From an uncultured Methylococcales bacterium (lineage in GTDB: Bacteria; Pseudomonadota; Gammaproteobacteria; Methylococcales; Methylomonadaceae): a stretch of DNA of 64,000 nt. The stretch is from NCBI GenBank assembly GCA_913019935.1, contig CAJVZC010000004.1, forward strand, positions 108 through 64,107, in the 5' to 3' direction. Of the stretch, positions 61,080-64,000 are shown piece after piece; position 1 is the first letter of the stretch; each line of letters opens with the position of its first letter. Below the pieces are notes generated by a model. That model worked only from the letters and a program-made list of their open reading frames with translations, ran no database searches and had not been told where the DNA came from. The position numbers and the translations under genes were made by a program.

Positions 61080-61295
61080 ATGATCCATAATGATAGCCCT
61101 TCAGAACAATTAATGGATGCTTTAGATGAGTTGGGCGACAATCTGAATAAAATAAACGATGAGTCTGAATTCGGTTTGGGTGAGGACAGCGAGGTGGATA
61201 AGGTTATTGATGCCCCACCCGTTAATCAAAGTGTTGCATCAGAAAGTAATTTGTTGGATAAGCTAAAGCGTTCTTTGGGTATTCATTCAGAGTGA
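61080..61295 (+). CDS. hypothetical small acidic protein (71 aa)
   Basis: An AGGAG RBS (61069-61073) lies 6 nt before ATG 61080. The protein is very rich in D/E, has no TM and no recognisable motif. Confidence 0.5.
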   Translation: MIHNDSPSEQLMDALDELGDNLNKINDESEFGLGEDSEVDKVIDAPPVNQSVASESNLLDKLKRSLGIHSE

Positions 61296-61356
61296 TACTT
61301 TAAGGGTGCTGTGAGTATATTTTTAATAGTCGTGTTATATTTTTTGTAGAGATATT

Positions 61357-63225
61357 GTGAAATACCCTAAAAATTTTGATGTTATTGTGGTCGGCGGCGG
61401 TCATGCCGGTACCGAGGCGGCTTTAGCCTCGGCAAGGACCGGTGCACAAACACTTTTATTAACACAGAACATTGATACCTTAGGGCAAATGAGTTGTAAT
61501 CCGGCGATAGGCGGGATTGGTAAAGGCCATTTGGTTAAAGAAATTGATGCTTTGGGTGGTGTGATGGCAACAGCAACTGATCATGCCGGTATTCAGTTTC
61601 GGACTTTAAATGCCAGTAAAGGACCCGCCGTTCGTGCTACTCGAGCACAGGCTGACCGAAGTCTTTACAAAAAATATATTCGTGGGCAGTTAGAAAACCA
61701 GCACAATTTAGCTATTTTTCAGCAAACCGTAGCTGATTTGGAATTTGAGGGCGATCGGCTTTGTGGTGTTAAAACCCAGATGGGCTTGGTGTTCTCGAGT
61801 AAAACGGTGGTGTTAACCACGGGTACTTTTCTGGGCGGTAGAATTCATATTGGTTTGGAAAATTACACCGGCGGGCGGGCGGGTGATTCAGCATCCATTG
61901 CCTTGTCGGAGCGGCTGCGGGAATTACCTTTTAATGTCGGTCGGCTAAAGACCGGTACACCGCCACGCATTGATGGCAGAACCATTGCTTTTGACCGGCT
62001 CCAAAAACAGCCGGGAGATGACCCGGTACCGGTGATGTCATTTTTAGGTAAACCGGAACATCACCCGCGACAGATTTGTTGTTATATCACTCGTACTAAC
62101 CGTAAAACGCATGACATTATTCGTTCCGGACTGGATCGGTCGCCGATGTATTCGGGCGTGATTGACGGTGTGGGTCCGCGTTATTGTCCTTCGATTGAAG
62201 ATAAGGTGGTTCGTTTTGCTGACCGTGATTCCCATCAGATTTTTGTCGAGCCGGAAGGTTTAGACACCCATGAGATTTATCCGAATGGGGTATCGACCAG
62301 TTTGCCTTTTGATGTGCAATATGCGTTTATTCGCTCGATGGAAGGGTTTGAGCAGGCTGAGATTATCCGCCCGGGTTACGCGATTGAATATGATTATTTT
62401 GATCCTCGTGGGCTTAAATCCTCATTGGAAACAAAACCTATGCCCGGGTTGTTTTTTGCCGGTCAAATTAACGGCACAACCGGTTACGAGGAGGCCGCTG
62501 CCCAAGGTTTAATTGCCGGCTTGAATGCGGCGCGTCAAGCACAAGATTTAGAGCCGTGGTGTCCACGGCGTGATGAGGCTTATATTGGCGTCATGATTGA
62601 TGACCTAGTCACGCACGGAACGATAGAGCCTTATCGAATGTTTACCAGTCGTGCGGAATATCGTTTGTTTTTACGTGAAGATAATGCCGATTTACGGCTA
62701 ACGGAAAAAGGCCGGGAATTGGGGTTGGTGAATGATCAGCGCTGGCAGTTATTTGAACAAAAACGCGAGTCGGTTACGGCGTTAAAAACCGTCTTAACAA
62801 AAAAATGGTTAAAGCCAGACACTGAGGAGGCAGCAAAGGTTGATGCATTTTGGGGTAAGCCGTTGCGACGAGATACCAATTTGATTGATTTATTGCGTCG
62901 GCCTGAAGTTCAGGTTGAGGCGGTATTAAGTTTTCTTGAGAATCCAGACTATACCCAAGAGGTTTCAGAGCAGGTCGCCATTCAAGCGAAATATTCGGGT
63001 TATATTGATCGTCAACAGAGCGAGATTGATCGGACCCGTCGGTATGAAGGTCTGCGGTTGCCCGGCGCTTTTGATTATCAAGAAGTTCGTGGGTTATCTG
63101 CTGAAGCGAGCGAGAAGTTACAAAAGCACCTGCCTGAAACGTTAGGGCAGGCAGCGCGTATTTCAGGGATTACGCCCGCAACTATTTCTCTTTTATTAGT
63201 TCACCTTAAAAAGAAAAGCGCTTAA
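61357..63225 (+). CDS. mnmG: tRNA uridine 5-carboxymethylaminomethyl modification enzyme MnmG (GidA)
   Basis: GTG start. [16 protein letters not shown] and [26 protein letters not shown] are near-identical to E. coli MnmG. Confidence 0.97.
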   Translation: MKYPKNFDVIVVGGGHAGTEAALASARTGAQTLLLTQNIDTLGQMSCNPAIGGIGKGHLVKEIDALGGVMATATDHAGIQFRTLNASKGPAVRATRAQADRSLYKKYIRGQLENQHNLAIFQQTVADLEFEGDRLCGVKTQMGLVFSSKTVVLTTGTFLGGRIHIGLENYTGGRAGDSASIALSERLRELPFNVGRLKTGTPPRIDGRTIAFDRLQKQPGDDPVPVMSFLGKPEHHPRQICCYITRTNRKTHDIIRSGLDRSPMYSGVIDGVGPRYCPSIEDKVVRFADRDSHQIFVEPEGLDTHEIYPNGVSTSLPFDVQYAFIRSMEGFEQAEIIRPGYAIEYDYFDPRGLKSSLETKPMPGLFFAGQINGTTGYEEAAAQGLIAGLNAARQAQDLEPWCPRRDEAYIGVMIDDLVTHGTIEPYRMFTSRAEYRLFLREDNADLRLTEKGRELGLVNDQRWQLFEQKRESVTALKTVLTKKWLKPDTEEAAKVDAFWGKPLRRDTNLIDLLRRPEVQVEAVLSFLENPDYTQEVSEQVAIQAKYSGYIDRQQSEIDRTRRYEGLRLPGAFDYQEVRGLSAEASEKLQKHLPETLGQAARISGITPATISLLLVHLKKKSA

Positions 63226-63294
63226 CAACAGGCGCTGATTTTACGCGCTAAATGACTTTATGGTTTTTTAAAGTCGCTATAATGATATTTTTTA

Positions 63295-63942
63295 ATGCTG
63301 TTTAGCGAATCAATCATGCAAAAATGCCAAGAAATTTTAAACGAAGGGCTTGACGCACTCGATTTGTTGGTAACCCAGGCGCAGCAAAAAAAACTTATAG
63401 CGTTTATTGCTTTAATAGAAAAATGGAATAAGGCTTACAATCTAACGGCTATTCGTAACCCTGAAGAAATGGTAAGACTGCACCTTTTAGATAGCTTAGC
63501 CATAGCGAATTATATTCAAGGACCTAACGTGTTGGATATCGGTACCGGTGCAGGCTTGCCGGGTATTCCTCTGGCATTAATCTATCCTCATTATTCGTTT
63601 GTTTTATTGGACAGCAATATCAAGAAAACACGCTTTGTTCAGCAAGCGGTTATTGAGTTGGGTTTAAAGAATGTAACGGTGTGGCACGGGCGTATTGAGC
63701 ACTATCAGCCGACGATTTATTTTAATAGTATTGTTTCTCGGGCGTTTTCAAGCGTGCAAAGTTTTGTTAGTGTAGCATCTGAACGGCTGAGTTCGGGAGG
63801 GGTCTTGTTGGCCATGAAAGGTCAGCACCCTGATAAAGAATTACAACAGATTGATAATGATTTTTCTGTGATTCCTATTATGGTTCCAGGGGTTGATGCA
63901 GAGCGGTGTCTGGTTCAATTACATAAGGTAAAGAGTGCATAA
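63295..63942 (+). CDS. rsmG: 16S rRNA (guanine527-N7)-methyltransferase RsmG (GidB)
   Basis: KWNKAYNLTAIR, DIGTGAGLPGIPLA and SRAF motifs. Confidence 0.95.
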   Translation: MLFSESIMQKCQEILNEGLDALDLLVTQAQQKKLIAFIALIEKWNKAYNLTAIRNPEEMVRLHLLDSLAIANYIQGPNVLDIGTGAGLPGIPLALIYPHYSFVLLDSNIKKTRFVQQAVIELGLKNVTVWHGRIEHYQPTIYFNSIVSRAFSSVQSFVSVASERLSSGGVLLAMKGQHPDKELQQIDNDFSVIPIMVPGVDAERCLVQLHKVKSA

Positions 63943-64000
63943 TGGGCAAAGTAATAGCGGTAACCAATCAAAAAGGCGGGGTCGGTAAGACCACCACGAC
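63942..64000 (+). CDS. parA: ParA/Soj chromosome partitioning ATPase, N-terminal fragment (runs off the window)
   Basis: Manual translation MGKVIAVTNQKGGVGKTTT shows a deviant Walker A. TAATG overlap with rsmG. Confidence 0.85.
   Translation, partial: MGKVIAVTNQKGGVGKTTT

Noticed and set aside
60831-61356. Possibility of a second or alternative origin upstream of mnmG (gidA), as in E. coli.
   Set aside because: I found no perfect DnaA box or box cluster. The best matches, TGATCCATA and TTATCTTTG, are isolated. The region contains a terminator and a small ORF instead.

Overview
This 64-kb window is densely coding, with about 75 CDS. I saw no rRNA, tRNA, CRISPR array, IS element or integrase. 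It looks like core chromosome from an AT-rich proteobacterium. The local synteny looks gammaproteobacterial: rhlB/trxA/rho, nudE/yrfG, mutY-yggX, tesA/ybbA-ybbP, apaG-apaH and hisBHAFIE-tatABC. The landmark is the replication-origin neighbourhood. mnmE-yidC-yidD-rnpA-rpmH lie on the minus strand, followed by a 654-bp AT-rich rpmH-dnaA spacer with DnaA boxes (putative oriC, 44116-44769). dnaA-dnaN-recF-gyrB-lgt-thyA-folA follow on the plus strand, and mnmG-rsmG-parA lie about 17 kb further right. The left part holds a POT transporter/SDR/SLT-lipoprotein/Sel1 operon and a six-gene MoxR-DUF58-DUF4381-VWA-VWA/TPR-BatD (Bat-like) operon. It also holds fbp, a MIP channel, system II cytochrome c biogenesis genes with cytochrome c4 and dsbA, and polA fused into an operon with an orphan TorD/poly-ferredoxin module. 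Then come comEA, a LysR-methyltransferase-rhodanese unit, typA, the his and tat genes, and lexA. The non-routine observations are these: (1) the putative oriC is built from a 184-bp module present twice; (2) an alpha-type GTTC-N7-GTTC palindrome sits in front of lexA in place of the gamma CTGT-N8-ACAG box; (3) an unannotated 51-aa tail-anchored ORF is coupled to lexA; (4) an unannotated 48-aa hydrophobic ORF or sRNA with its own strong terminator lies divergent from the LysR gene; (5) polA is translationally coupled to redox-enzyme maturation genes that have no cognate enzyme nearby; (6) there are two paralogous secreted Ala-rich helical proteins of unknown function. I found no defence island, no mobile element and no convincing wholly new multi-gene system, so interest scores are moderate. 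Several ORF-track starts are TTG or GTG maximal extensions, and I give the start I consider better supported. All family assignments come from reading motifs by eye; I ran no searches.
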